From NCBI GenBank assembly GCA_020184695.1, contig JAANOX010000177.1, positions 1-64,000 of the forward strand: a stretch of 64,000 nucleotides of DNA, read 5' to 3'. Below the pieces are notes generated by a model. That model was not told the origin of the DNA, did not search any database, and saw only the letters and a list, made by a program, of their open reading frames with translations. The translations under genes and the position numbers were made by a program. Numbering within the stretch: position 1 is the first letter of the stretch; every line of letters starts with the position of its first letter. Below are positions 47,300 to 58,741 of this stretch, piece after piece. This DNA is from Histomonas meleagridis 2922-C6/04-290x (taxonomy: Eukaryota > Protista > Parabasalia).

Positions 47300-47580
47300 C
47301 GATTTTAAATCCTAAATTTTAATTAATGAATAACTTCGAAGTTAGGAATAAAATCAGATGGAATTAAAATTAACGATGTAACATTACCACCATGGAGTAA
47401 AAATGCATGTGATTTATTTGAAATACATCATGCAACATTAGAAAGTGATTATGTAGATTTTAATTAATAGTAAATTTACCGAAATGGATCAATTGATGAG
47501 ATATCGCTGAAATAGCTATTTTTCATCCTTATACATATCCAACAGTTGAATATGATGAAACAAGTATTAGAAGATCAAAA
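47300..47580 (+). pseudogene. BEACH-domain gene fragment
   Basis: KLGIKSDGIKINDVTLPPWSKNACDLFEIHHATLESDYV and a downstream FHPYTY match BEACH motifs. Stops and frameshifts present. Confidence 0.75.
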
Positions 47581-47961
47581 AATAGCTCAAAAAATTAGTT
47601 ACGCCGATAATTATTTGTGGTAATTTTATAATTTAGCATAAACTTTGTTTTGACAAAAATCACATGAGGTTTTAATCATGATAATTCATTCATGAAGAAA
47701 TTCTTAAAAAAAAGATTCTTAGTTCAAAGGCACTTGGATAATTTAGTTAATACAAGTTCCTTTATAATAAAATCTTCTTTTTCTAGTCCGGAACATATCA
47801 TTTTGTTCAAAAGCATATAAACATGTCAAAAAGTATGTCAGAAACGAACAAAATCGATTTTCTAACGAATTTACAAATGTAAAGTATTCAATAGCATGTT
47901 AAGATTACACAAAAAATATTTTGTAAATTTATCAAAACGTATTTTTTAAAAATTGATTGAA

Positions 47962-50900
47962 ATGATCCATGGAACTCGTTCTCCTTCGCCGCCACAAATA
48001 ATACCACATGTAAGTGGCCTCTATACATCTTCATCCAAAGGTTCATTTCGGAAGTCTATGCCATTACGAACTAAATTAAATCCATTAAATCCTATTCAAG
48101 AAGTTCAAACTAAAAATAAGCATGAAATATTTAGTGAAATGCTTTCTTCTTTAAGGACAGATCCAATTCATGTAGCAATAGAGAATTCTTTTTCAAAATT
48201 ACTTGATTCAAAAAAATGTATTTTATGGGTATGCAATCAAAAAGTAAACGCACTTGTATCTCCAACTTTAGGAAAATCGATTGGTATTAGTACAGGAATT
48301 GTTGGTGATACATTTCAATCTAAGAAAATTAAAAATATATCTAAGCCAATTGAACATCCACGTTATTGCAGAGCTATTGATCATGGGAAAACACCTTCAA
48401 TGTATATTCCACTTTTAACTAAAAATGATAAAGTTTTTGGAGTTGTTCAAGTATCTCGTTCAACACCATTTACATTCAACAATGAAGAAGAAATCAAATT
48501 TTTATCTGAAGGTTTTATGCAACTTTCACATTTAATTTTAAAACATCATTCAATACCATTATTAACAAATATTAATGATGTTACTGAAACATATAATCAA
48601 GTTGAACAAAAGCTTAAGCATATGTTTAAATGTCGCTACATTCAATTTTGGGTTCAAGATCTTACAACAAATGAAATAACTCAAATTACTAAAACAGGTC
48701 TAATCAAATCTGAATCAGACACATACATTGAACAACTAATTCGAACCCAAACCAGTAAAACATATTCTATTACTGACATTCGAAGTCTTCCAGGATGTAC
48801 ATCTGAAACATCAGAATCATTTTTAAGTTCTATGGTCATATATAATGAAACCAAACATTTTATATTTCTTTTTGGCAAACAAACACAACGTTCATTTAGT
48901 TATGTTGACTCAATTCGTCTTTCACATTTATCGCCGTTAATTTTTTCAGCGTTAACGCAGTCAAAATCAAACAAAGATTCACAAAATTTTGCTCTTCGAC
49001 TTAAAGCCTTATTAGAAGTTGCAGAAATCTTATCTGAAAAATTAGATATTGATTCATTAATACCAACTATAATGGATCGAGCATGTTCATTAATGCATAC
49101 TGAACGATGTTCATTATTTTTAGTTGATAATACAAAACAATCACTTGTGACTAATTTTCATGGAGGATTAGATCATTCTATAACAATACCTATAAACATG
49201 GGTATAGCAGGTGTCACAGCTACTACTGGATCGGTAATTAACATTAATGATGCATATTCAGATCCAAGATTTAGTAACAAAGTTGACTTAGAAACTGGCT
49301 TCAAGACCAAGACAATCTTGTCAGTACCGATATTTAATAATCGAGGTGATATTACAGGAGTTACTGAAATGATCAATCGAATTGATGGTTCAGCATTTGA
49401 TGAAGAAGACATCAAAGTAATGATGGCCTTCAATGTCTTTTGTGGTATTTCCTTAGACAATGCCAAACTATACACTACCTCCTTAAATCTCACACGACAA
49501 TTACGAATCTTTGCACAAATGGGCAGCGCCATTACCAACTCCAAAACGATCCAAAACATGTTAAAAGAAGTTCTAACCAACACTATGAATGTTATTCAAG
49601 CGATCCGAGCCACGATATATTCTCGAGATTTAGACACGGACACCATCACAATCCTCTTAAACATTGGCGAAGATGTCAGTGGTACCAACTATGAATATGC
49701 CGAAGAAGTCATTAAGTTACAAAAGCCCAAAATTTTTATTGAGAATCAAGACAAACATAAACTCGAAGAAAGTAATAGTAATAATCGGTCCAAGTTATCA
49801 CGAGTTTCAAGTGTATTATCCATTGATTCGAACAATGATATCACTAATATTGTTAATAACAATGATCCGAGTGTTTGTTGTTTTCCATTATTAACTAATG
49901 ATCAAAAGATCATTGGTGTTATGGAGTTAAAATGTAATTACATCTTTCTGAATGAAGACTTAAAGTTACTCGAATGCTTTTCGATATTTGCTGCGATACT
50001 ATTAGAAAAGAATCAACTTGAAGACATAGCGAAGTATGGACAAATCGAAGCGACAATGAAGAAATGGATCTCTAAAGAAGAACGTCGACATTATGACATC
50101 CCACAGAAGTTACAAATATCGAAAGAACGATTACCGATTATCTTTACCATTAACTTCGATGCACCTCAATGGGATGGCATTGGCTTGTTCAAAGTGTTAT
50201 GGGCGATTATGGATCATTTCAACTTATTTAAGGAGTTCGAAATTAGCAACGAAACGTTTTATCATTTCATATATGAAATTTCTAACACTTATAACAAAGT
50301 GCCATATCATAATTGGCGTCATGCTGTTGATGTTACACAATTTGTTACATATCAAATTAAGATAACTGGAATCGATAAGTTATTAACGAAGTTTGACTTG
50401 TTGGGACTAATAATAGCTGCGATATGTCACGACGCTAATCACGAAGGATTCACAAATGTGTTCAACGAGAAGGCAGAAACGCCATTGGGCATCTTGTTCA
50501 AGAACCAAAGTGTTATGGAGACACATCATTGCACTGTATCGATCCGAATTATATCGAAAGAAGAATGTAATGTATTCCATAAGTTGAATCCGGAAGAATA
50601 TAAACGAATTTGGACATTGATAATACAATTGATATTGTACACGGATATGTCGAAACACTTTAACTTGTTGAAATTAGCAAACGCTGAACTCGATAAAGGG
50701 AAATTGGACATTTCGGGAAATGAAGAACATAAATTGATGATAATGAAAATCATTTTGAAATGCGGTGATATATCAAACGTTTCAAGGCCTTTCGAGCTGG
50801 CAGACAAATGGTGCGACGTGTTGTGCGAAGAGTTCTTTCGCCAAGGAGACTTGGAGCTGGAGAACGGTATGGAGCTAACTTCGCCACTGAACGATAGGGA

Positions 50901-51069
50901 GCACAACGATAAGCCAAAGAGCCAAATCAGTTTCTATAACTTCGTTTGCTTGCCACTCTATCGAACAGCAGCAAGGGCACTGCCCCAATTGGAGGTGAAC
51001 GTTAAGCAGATTGAATCCAATTTGGAAATTTGGCAGGAGGAATTCGAAAGCGAACAAAAAGAGAAATAA
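47962..51069 (+). CDS. GAF-domain class I cyclic-nucleotide phosphodiesterase
   Basis: GAF motifs (NINDAYSDPRF...DLETGFKTKTILSVPI...INRIDGSAFDEED) and the PDEase core (YHNWRHAVDV, HDANHEG, ETHH, TDM, ILKCGDISN, EEFFRQGDLE). Confidence 0.95.
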   Translation: MIHGTRSPSPPQIIPHVSGLYTSSSKGSFRKSMPLRTKLNPLNPIQEVQTKNKHEIFSEMLSSLRTDPIHVAIENSFSKLLDSKKCILWVCNQKVNALVSPTLGKSIGISTGIVGDTFQSKKIKNISKPIEHPRYCRAIDHGKTPSMYIPLLTKNDKVFGVVQVSRSTPFTFNNEEEIKFLSEGFMQLSHLILKHHSIPLLTNINDVTETYNQVEQKLKHMFKCRYIQFWVQDLTTNEITQITKTGLIKSESDTYIEQLIRTQTSKTYSITDIRSLPGCTSETSESFLSSMVIYNETKHFIFLFGKQTQRSFSYVDSIRLSHLSPLIFSALTQSKSNKDSQNFALRLKALLEVAEILSEKLDIDSLIPTIMDRACSLMHTERCSLFLVDNTKQSLVTNFHGGLDHSITIPINMGIAGVTATTGSVININDAYSDPRFSNKVDLETGFKTKTILSVPIFNNRGDITGVTEMINRIDGSAFDEEDIKVMMAFNVFCGISLDNAKLYTTSLNLTRQLRIFAQMGSAITNSKTIQNMLKEVLTNTMNVIQAIRATIYSRDLDTDTITILLNIGEDVSGTNYEYAEEVIKLQKPKIFIENQDKHKLEESNSNNRSKLSRVSSVLSIDSNNDITNIVNNNDPSVCCFPLLTNDQKIIGVMELKCNYIFLNEDLKLLECFSIFAAILLEKNQLEDIAKYGQIEATMKKWISKEERRHYDIPQKLQISKERLPIIFTINFDAPQWDGIGLFKVLWAIMDHFNLFKEFEISNETFYHFIYEISNTYNKVPYHNWRHAVDVTQFVTYQIKITGIDKLLTKFDLLGLIIAAICHDANHEGFTNVFNEKAETPLGILFKNQSVMETHHCTVSIRIISKEECNVFHKLNPEEYKRIWTLIIQLILYTDMSKHFNLLKLANAELDKGKLDISGNEEHKLMIMKIILKCGDISNVSRPFELADKWCDVLCEEFFRQGDLELENGMELTSPLNDREHNDKPKSQISFYNFVCLPLYRTAARALPQLEVNVKQIESNLEIWQEEFESEQKEK

Positions 51070-51144
51070 ATAAACTGTTTGTTAATAAAATATTGTACAT
51101 GTTCGAAAAAGGATTTTCAAGTGACAAAATTAATGGAGGACATA

Positions 51145-51543
51145 CATTTCCACTTAACTCAATTCAGCAAAGGAAAACATTTCCACTTAACTCAATTCAG
51201 CAAAGGATAACATTTCCACTTAACTCAATTCAGCAAAGGATAACATTTCCACTTAACTCAATTCATCAAAGGAAAACATTTCCACTTAACTCAATTCAGC
51301 AAAGGAAAACATTTCCACTTAACTCAATTCAGCAAAGGATAACATTTCCACTTAACTCAATTCAGCAAAGGAAAACATTTCCACTTAACTCAATTCAGCA
51401 AAGGAAACATTTCCACTTAACTCAATTCAGCAAAGGATAACATTTCCACTTAACTCAATTCAGCAAAGGAAAACATTTCCACTTAACTCAATTCAGCAAA
51501 GGAAAACATTTCCACTTAACTCAATTCAGCAAAGGAAAACATT
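51145..51543. repeat. 33-bp minisatellite x12 (CATTTCCACTTAACTCAATTCAGCAAAGGAWAA)
   Basis: Head-to-tail near-identical units with no spacers; one unit is 32 bp. It starts 75 nt after the PDE stop. Confidence 0.95.
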
Positions 51544-51739
51544 TTGAACACATCGCTTTTGATTTGTGAATATTTGCGTGTTGAAGGTCAAGCGTTGCGA
51601 AAGGTATTTTTGCTTGTTTCCATATCTTGTAAAAAAGTTTGTAAAAATGTGAGTACTATTTTACTTCAGCGATTTTGGAATTTGATTATTTTGAAGGAAA
51701 CATTTAACATGATAAAAATTTCCATTTCTTGATGATTCA

Positions 51740-52040
51740 TTTATATGATCAGTATTGACATTATTCCTTTTTCTTCAAAATATTTTAGAATATCAAAATT
51801 ATCTTTTTTAATACGAAAACTTACCAAATCATTTGTTTCATTATCAGATATATCTGTTTTAGTATTAACTGTGTTTTTTCTAATTTATTTTCATAAATAT
51901 ATTTAAAGATATCATTTTGATGAAATTCAATTGCTGTTTCATATATATCTTCAAATGGTGAATGATTTTGTTTACACAAATGAATAATTTCTTCATTTCC
52001 ACCTGCAACTGCATATTTTCCTGTATTTATTATATTAACG
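51740..52040 (-). pseudogene. DUF3447-type ankyrin gene fragment
   Basis: IINTGKYAVAGGNEEIIHLCKQNHSPFEDIYETAIEFHQNDIFKYIYENK is homologous to the 25180-25320 region. Confidence 0.75.
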
Positions 52041-52789
52041 GATGAAAAGCGCCAACATTCAAATCACATGCCTAATGATGGCACCATTCTCCGGAGAATA
52101 AACCAACAAACTGTAGGTTTATTAATCTCAATTTGTTCCTTTAAATACTCATCAGTCAGAGTATTTGCAAATATTTCTTAAATCATATTTATGTCTTCTT
52201 TCTTTAATAGCGGGATATGTGCAAAATGATTGGTTAATGAATGACTTATTGATTGAACAATCAAAACATGTGCAAGATTATTTAATCTCTCTATTAAGTC
52301 ATCTGTGAATATTGGTGATTTGTTAAATAGTGAGAAAAATATTTTCTACACATGATGTATTTATACATTTTTCAGATACCCCTTGAAGAGCCGAATCTAA
52401 TGGAAGCCAATGCTCTCAAAGCTTAATCAAATTTGATAATAGATCTCTTCCATTTGATTTTTTTCTTTACATTTATTCTCAAGCAAATTTATGAAAACAT
52501 CACAATAATTCATATTTAATCTCATTTTGAAAAATATTTGCAAATATGATCTCCATATCATGAAGAGTATCAAGGTTTCATTGGATGTGAACTAAACAAA
52601 ATCCAATGATAGATTCTGGACATATAACTTTTAGAGAATTGAATTGTGCTATGCATCATATTAATTGTCGATCGCGTATTTTTTTAATTGTAGTGGTACC
52701 ATTAAGTTCCTATGAGCTCAATAAAATCGATTAAAAATATATGTTGTATTTCAATTTCTAATTTCCAATTGGAAATAAAGATTTAATGT

Positions 52790-54671
52790 TCATATAAGGA
52801 TACAATTAGAATTTTTGTTCCGATGTAATTTTATTATTTCTATATTATTATTTCTAACTGCTATATGAAGTGCTGTTTCAAATTATTAAAACATATTTTA
52901 AATTATTAAGATGAATATTTTTTGTATTAACATCAATTCCTTTATCTAAAAGTAATTTTACGATTTCTATATTATTATTTCTAACTGCTATATGAAGTGC
53001 TGTTTCAAATTATTAAAACATATTTTAAATTATTAAAATGAATATTTGTTGCATTAACATCAATTCCTTCTTTATCTAAAAGTAATTTTACTATTTCTAT
53101 ATTATTATTTCTAACTGCTACATGAAGTGCTGTTTCAAGTTGTTAAAACATATTTCAAATTATTAAAACATATTTCAAATTATTAAAACATATATAAAAT
53201 TATTAAAACATATTTCAAATTATTAAAACATATTTCAAATTATTAAAACATATTTCAAATTATTAAAACATATTATAAATTATTAAAACATATTTCAAAT
53301 TATTAAAACATATTTCAAATTATTAAAACATATTCTAAATTATTAAAACATATTTCAAATTATTAAAACATATTTCAAATTATTAAAACATATTATAAAT
53401 TATTAAAACATATTTCAAATTATTAAAACATATTATAAATTATCAAAACATATTCCAAATTATTAAAACATATTATAAATTATTAAAACATATTACAAAT
53501 TATTTAAATAAATATCTTTTTCATTAACATCAATTCCTTTATCTAAAAGTAATTTTACGATTTCTATATTATTATTTCTAACTGCTATATGAAGTGCTGT
53601 TTCAAATTATTAAAACATATTACAAATTATTAAAACATAATCTAAATTATTAAAACATATTCCAAATTATTAAAACATATTCCAAATTATTAAAACATAT
53701 TACAAATTATTAAAACATATTACAAATTATTAAAACATATTTCAAATTATTAAAACATATATAAAATTATTCAAATGAATATTTTTTGCATTAACATCAA
53801 TTCCTTCTTTATCTAAAAGTAATTTTACGATTTCTATACTATTATTTCTAACTGCTATATGAAGTGCTGTTTCAAATTATTAAAACATATTTCAAATTAT
53901 TAAAACATATTTCAAATTATTAAAACATATATAAAATTATTAAAACATAATCTAAATTATTAAAACATATTCCAAATTATTAAAACATATATAAAATTAT
54001 TAAAACATATTACAAATTATTAAAACATATTTCAAATTATTAAAACATATTTCAAATTATTAAAACATATATAAAATTATTCAAATGAATATTTTTTGCA
54101 TTAACATCAATTCCTTCTTTATCTAAAAGTAATTTTACGATTTCTATACTATTATTTCTAACTGCTATATGAAGTGCTGTTTCAAATTATTAAAACATAT
54201 TTCAAATTATTAAAACATAATATAAATTATTAAAACATATTTCAAATTATTAAAACATATTTTAAATTATTAAAACATATTATAAATTATAAAAACATAT
54301 TACAAATTAATAAAACATATTCTAAATTATTCAAATGAATAGTTATTGCATTAACATCAATTCCTTCTTTATCTAAAAGTAATTTTACTATTTCTATATT
54401 GTTATTTCTAACTGCTATATGAAGTGCTGTTTTAAATTATCAAAAAATATTTTAAATTATTCAAATGAATATTTTTTGCATATGTAATCCTAACAATAAT
54501 TATATTAAAAGATAATGGATAAATATCATCAAAATTTCTTATAATTGATTTTGAAGATTGAATGATATTTTCTTTGTTTAAATTGAATATTAAATTCTTA
54601 AAATATTGTAATGTTTCCCATTCGTTCCCATGAATTTGGCTTTTTGCTTGAAATTCCATATGAAATGACAC
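52790..54671 (-). CDS. ankyrin repeat gene whose repeats are separated by arrays of a 20-nt unit
   Basis: 67-aa leader from the ATG at 54671, then TALHIAVRNNNIEIVKLLLDK(E)GIDVNAKN cores starting at 54430, 54180, 53870, 53600, 53133, 53003 and 52876. Spacers are 40,160,220,180,380,40,40 nt. Stop at 52790-52792. A ~300-aa product exists only if the spacers are skipped. Confidence 0.6.
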
Positions 54672-54759
54672 TTTTGTGTCAATTCATCATGTCATTATAA
54701 TTGAATGCAATGTATAATTTACATAATCGTTTTCATCTCAAATTCTGTCTTGGAAAGAA

Positions 54760-55420
54760 ACCGTCGAATACAAACCGAAGCGTTCATTTCAATGAAATTA
54801 CTTAACAACTTTAATACTAAAACTCAAAATCCTGCAATATTTTTTCTACGATAATTTTAGGTTAAGGATAACATTGGTAGGAGATTATAAAAATACCCTT
54901 GTTTCGAAATTTTGACTGTACAATCTTTCGAAATTTGATCTGATTTCGACCATACTTTTTCTTGAATTTTGGATTATTTCCTAATTAAATTATATACAAA
55001 TTATCAAATCTCTTTATATGAAAAGAATACTTATTTTGCAATTTCAACAATTGAAGCTGTGTAATGTTCAGCAACACATTCATATTGACCAAAGAATGAA
55101 TTATGATTAGAATCATAGCAATTATCACCATCAAAGGCAAATCCAAGAACATATATTTTATGATTTTTTAATTTATTACCTAAAGTTTTTTTGAGTGTTT
55201 CACATTGAATATTTGTTGCTTTCCCATTAGGTGAAAAAGAAAAATGATTTATTGAGCACTAATAATCTGGATTTATAGGTTGGATGTGATAAACAAAGGC
55301 ATAATTTTTTATTTGATTCCAATTTATCATTGAAGGATTTATTCATTGTTGTGCATTTTCGCAGAAAAATTGATAGAGATTTTCAATATCCTGTTAAACT
55401 TCTTTTTTATAACCAATAAT
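54760..55420 (-). pseudogene. DDE transposase remnant, possibly P-element/THAP9-like
   Basis: AFVYHIQPINPDY*CSINHFSFSPNGKAT...LKNHKIYVLGFAFDGDNCY. Family assignment is inference. Confidence 0.45.
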
Positions 55421-55659
55421 TTCATTATTTTTTGTTATCGTAAATAATATAGTTACTAGATGTAACGTTAATAGAAGTTACATTAAAAAAATAATCTTTT
55501 AATAGACCTCGTAGAGGTTGTTATATAAACAATAAACTATTAAATGATTTATCATTAATAGTGTAACTTGTAACGTAACGTAACGTTAAATATAACAACT
55601 ATAAAGAAGAAAGTATAATGAAGTTGTAACCATAACGAGTTACGTTACTAAGTTACATC

Positions 55660-55850
55660 ATTAAAAAATAATCATAATAAAGAAGTAATCATAATAAAGA
55701 AGAAAGTATAATAAAGAAGTAATATAATAAAGAAGTAATCATAATGAAGAAGTAATATAATAATAAAGTAATCATAATAAAGAAGAAATATAATAAAGTA
55801 AGCATAATAAAAAAAAATATAATAAAGTGATTCATAAACAATTAATTCAT
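55660..55850. repeat. degenerate TAATCATAATAAAGAAG-type tandem repeat
   Basis: Repeated taatcataataaagaag / taatataataaagaag units downstream of the integrase remnant. Confidence 0.7.
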
Positions 55851-55861
55851 AAACAACTCAT

Positions 55862-56800
55862 TCACTCATTATTATTCACCCCAAAGTATTCTTTTTCAAG
55901 ATTAGACATTTCACCGAGTCTATTTGATTGTAAATAACTGACAGGAATATAATCAGTGTATGGTTTTCCTGAAGGTACTTCAAAAGAAACTTTATAACGA
56001 TTTTTATTTTCATCAGAGTTTAATATTTTAGTAATAACTCCATTCCACTTACCAGGTATTGTTGAAGCCCATTTAATATCATCTGGTAATGATGCTTCTA
56101 CGAAAATTGACTGAAAACGAGGTTTTATTATTACATTATCATCTCTAGCAATTGATGTTGACATGTGTCCTTTACGATAATCTATTTTTAATGCTGATCT
56201 ACTAATACGATATCTTATTTTATTGAATATATCATCTTGTGGTAATATATATCTTACAAAAGATATTGTTCTTCTTTATTTTTTAATGATTTGAATATGT
56301 ATTCTTCTTTTAATTTAGAATTATTGAACATTTTCTTTGGAGTCATTCTTATATAAGTATGATAACTATTATTATATATATTAATGAATTTCTTCATTCG
56401 TTTAGGTGTTATATAAGTATACTTTGATCAAATGATTCATGTTTACTTTTTTCACTAGTAGTATTCATATCACGAAGAGTTCTCATAAATCTATCTATGA
56501 TACCTAAACTACTGTGATTTTTATCAGTAATGATATGCACGTAAACACTATTATCATCTAATAATTTCATATTATTCTTTTCTATGAAACCAGGTTCTTC
56601 ATCAGAAGTTAATTTAATAGAATGATATTTATTAATAAATCGTCTTAATGAAACATTAATTTCTTTAGCAGTTTTATTTTTTATAGGATATACAACAACG
56701 TATCTATTATTAGTACCAATGAATATATGCCAGTATCGAGGATCTTTTCATTTGGTATTATCATACAAATCATGAAACCAAGTATTAGGACTGTTAGAAA
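55862..56800 (-). pseudogene. Maverick/Polinton-type retroviral-like (rve) integrase remnant
   Basis: WFHDLYD..*..YWHIFIGTNNRYVVVYPIKNK...KLTSDEEPGF...HSSLGIIDRFMRTLRDMN, followed by a C-terminal domain (GVITKILN...RYKVSFE...IPVSYL). Stops and frameshifts present. Confidence 0.75.
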
Positions 56801-57192
56801 ATATCTTTATATATTAATATTATATATTATAAATTATTAATACTGTTTACTGTTATATTACCATTATTATTAAAACTAATAGTATTACCACCTTTTGCTT
56901 TAAAAACTTGAAATATTAGTATTAGCTCTAATTCTCCAAGTATTATATTTATTATAAGTAGGTAATGGAATAAAATACGTGCTTGTCTTTTCGCAAAAAG
57001 AGTTGCACATAAAAAGAAATTCTGCAGTCCAAATCCTTAGCCAAACCTGATGATAATTAATCTGAAACTTTATAGTTAGTCGAGTCCCATTCAAAAACTA
57101 TTGCACAATTTTTTATTTATAATCAAATAAATGAGAAAAAAGCACCCATTAAAAATTTAATTTTTTCGATAAAGAATGTATATTATAAAAAA

Positions 57193-58237
57193 CCATATAT
57201 GTGGAAAGAAAGCAAATTGATCATAGATTATTTTACACAATCAAAATTTATGATTTATTAACTTCTTTCATTATTTCTTAATTATTAATTCGAAAAATTA
57301 AAGTTTAATTTTTTTCAAGAAGTACATTTGTGCAAAAATAAACATTTTTAATTAATATAATTTTATATTATATATATATATATATATTATGTGTTAATAT
57401 AATAGCTAGAAATAAAACCCACCGCCACTTCATATAATTTTTTACAAAGATTTTAAAAAAAGTGAAAAAAAATGCAAAAAATTGAATGAAAAAATTATGC
57501 TTTCAAATTTATGAATTACCATTTATAAAATATAATCTACATCAAAAATAATCGAGATTGGTCACAAAATATATATATATATGGAAAAAATCGATTCTGA
57601 TCGAACATTTTTTTATCCATTTGAAAGCAGATTTTTATTAATGTGATGATAAAAATCGAATAAAAATCAGAAAATTCAGCAGGATATGTTCATTTCCTCA
57701 GTTTGAGTTCCTCTTATATAAATTAATGCCATGATAAAGTTTCTAAAAACTATCGTTGATATATATTGGTGGTGACATATCAAATACCGACACAAATCAC
57801 ACTTTTTTTGGGTTATATATGCATAAATTAAGCAATATATTAACTGTGCAAAGGCTCAAAAAAAATCGAATGGAGAATTTTGACATCCCAATATGGGTAA
57901 ATTAATTCTTCTTTATTCCATTAACGGTCGCTCAAGATTTAAAGTTTCATACTAAAATTCAAACACACTTTCTTAAATACATTTTGGATTTCTTTTCCTT
58001 TTCTAATGTTTTAGCCATTACCAATATCTTTCGTCTGGTCTGTGTTTTAAAAGTAGAAGAAGGGGAAGATGACATCAAAAAAAGTAGGCGACTATTGGTG
58101 ACGATTATAATGTATTGAAAATTATGGGTAAAAATGGTAAATAAACCGTTTTTGCCTTTGAGGTGTGTATAACTCAAAAATAGAATGAAAATAAAAAAAA
58201 ATTATATAAACCAATATTAATTTTTTTTTAGTTCTAT
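57193..58237. repeat. dispersed repeat, right copy (inverted relative to 45490-47060); contains the empty insertion site
   Basis: Reverse-complement match to the left copy, with an extra ~450-bp block at about 57500-57940. Confidence 0.85.
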
Positions 58238-58741
58238 ATATATAAAAAAATAAGATATCGAAATTTGGTTAAGATAATTTTATTAAATATAATATATATA
58301 CTTAATAATATTTCTTTGAATTTTGTTAAGTGGAAAATAAAAAAATTGATTTTCTAATTGGTAACGACCGTTTATTTGGTTGATAGCGTTTTAGTAGTTG
58401 TGTTATTCTTGACATTTTTCAAGTGCTTTTAGGTCATTTCAAAGAACTTAGGAATAATTTTAAAATGTGTATATATTATTTCATTAGGACTAATCAACTT
58501 GTCACGCTTTTATCAAAAGAATAATAAAAGATTTAAAAATTATATAATATAGTTTTTGTTTGAAAGAATAATTAATTAAAATCCTATCGTCCAAATGTGG
58601 TTCAAGTGCTTTCAAAATTTCAGTGGGATTTCCTTTGGTTGTTTAGGACGATTAAATTCGATTCAATCATCGTTTTTTCGGTTTCAGAAGAAAAAAAATA
58701 TTTTGAATGGAACCGTTATTCAATTTATTTGAAAATCCATA

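Noticed and set aside
51145-51543. CRISPR array or repeat-protein CDS (ORF 51030-51440)
   Set aside because: The units are head-to-tail with no unique spacers, no cas genes are present and the context is eukaryotic. The ORF overlaps the PDE end and frameshifts within the array.
53134-54340. CRISPR-like repeat/spacer array
   Set aside because: The constant part is a 90-nt ankyrin-coding core and the variable part is itself a tandem 20-mer, the opposite of CRISPR organisation.
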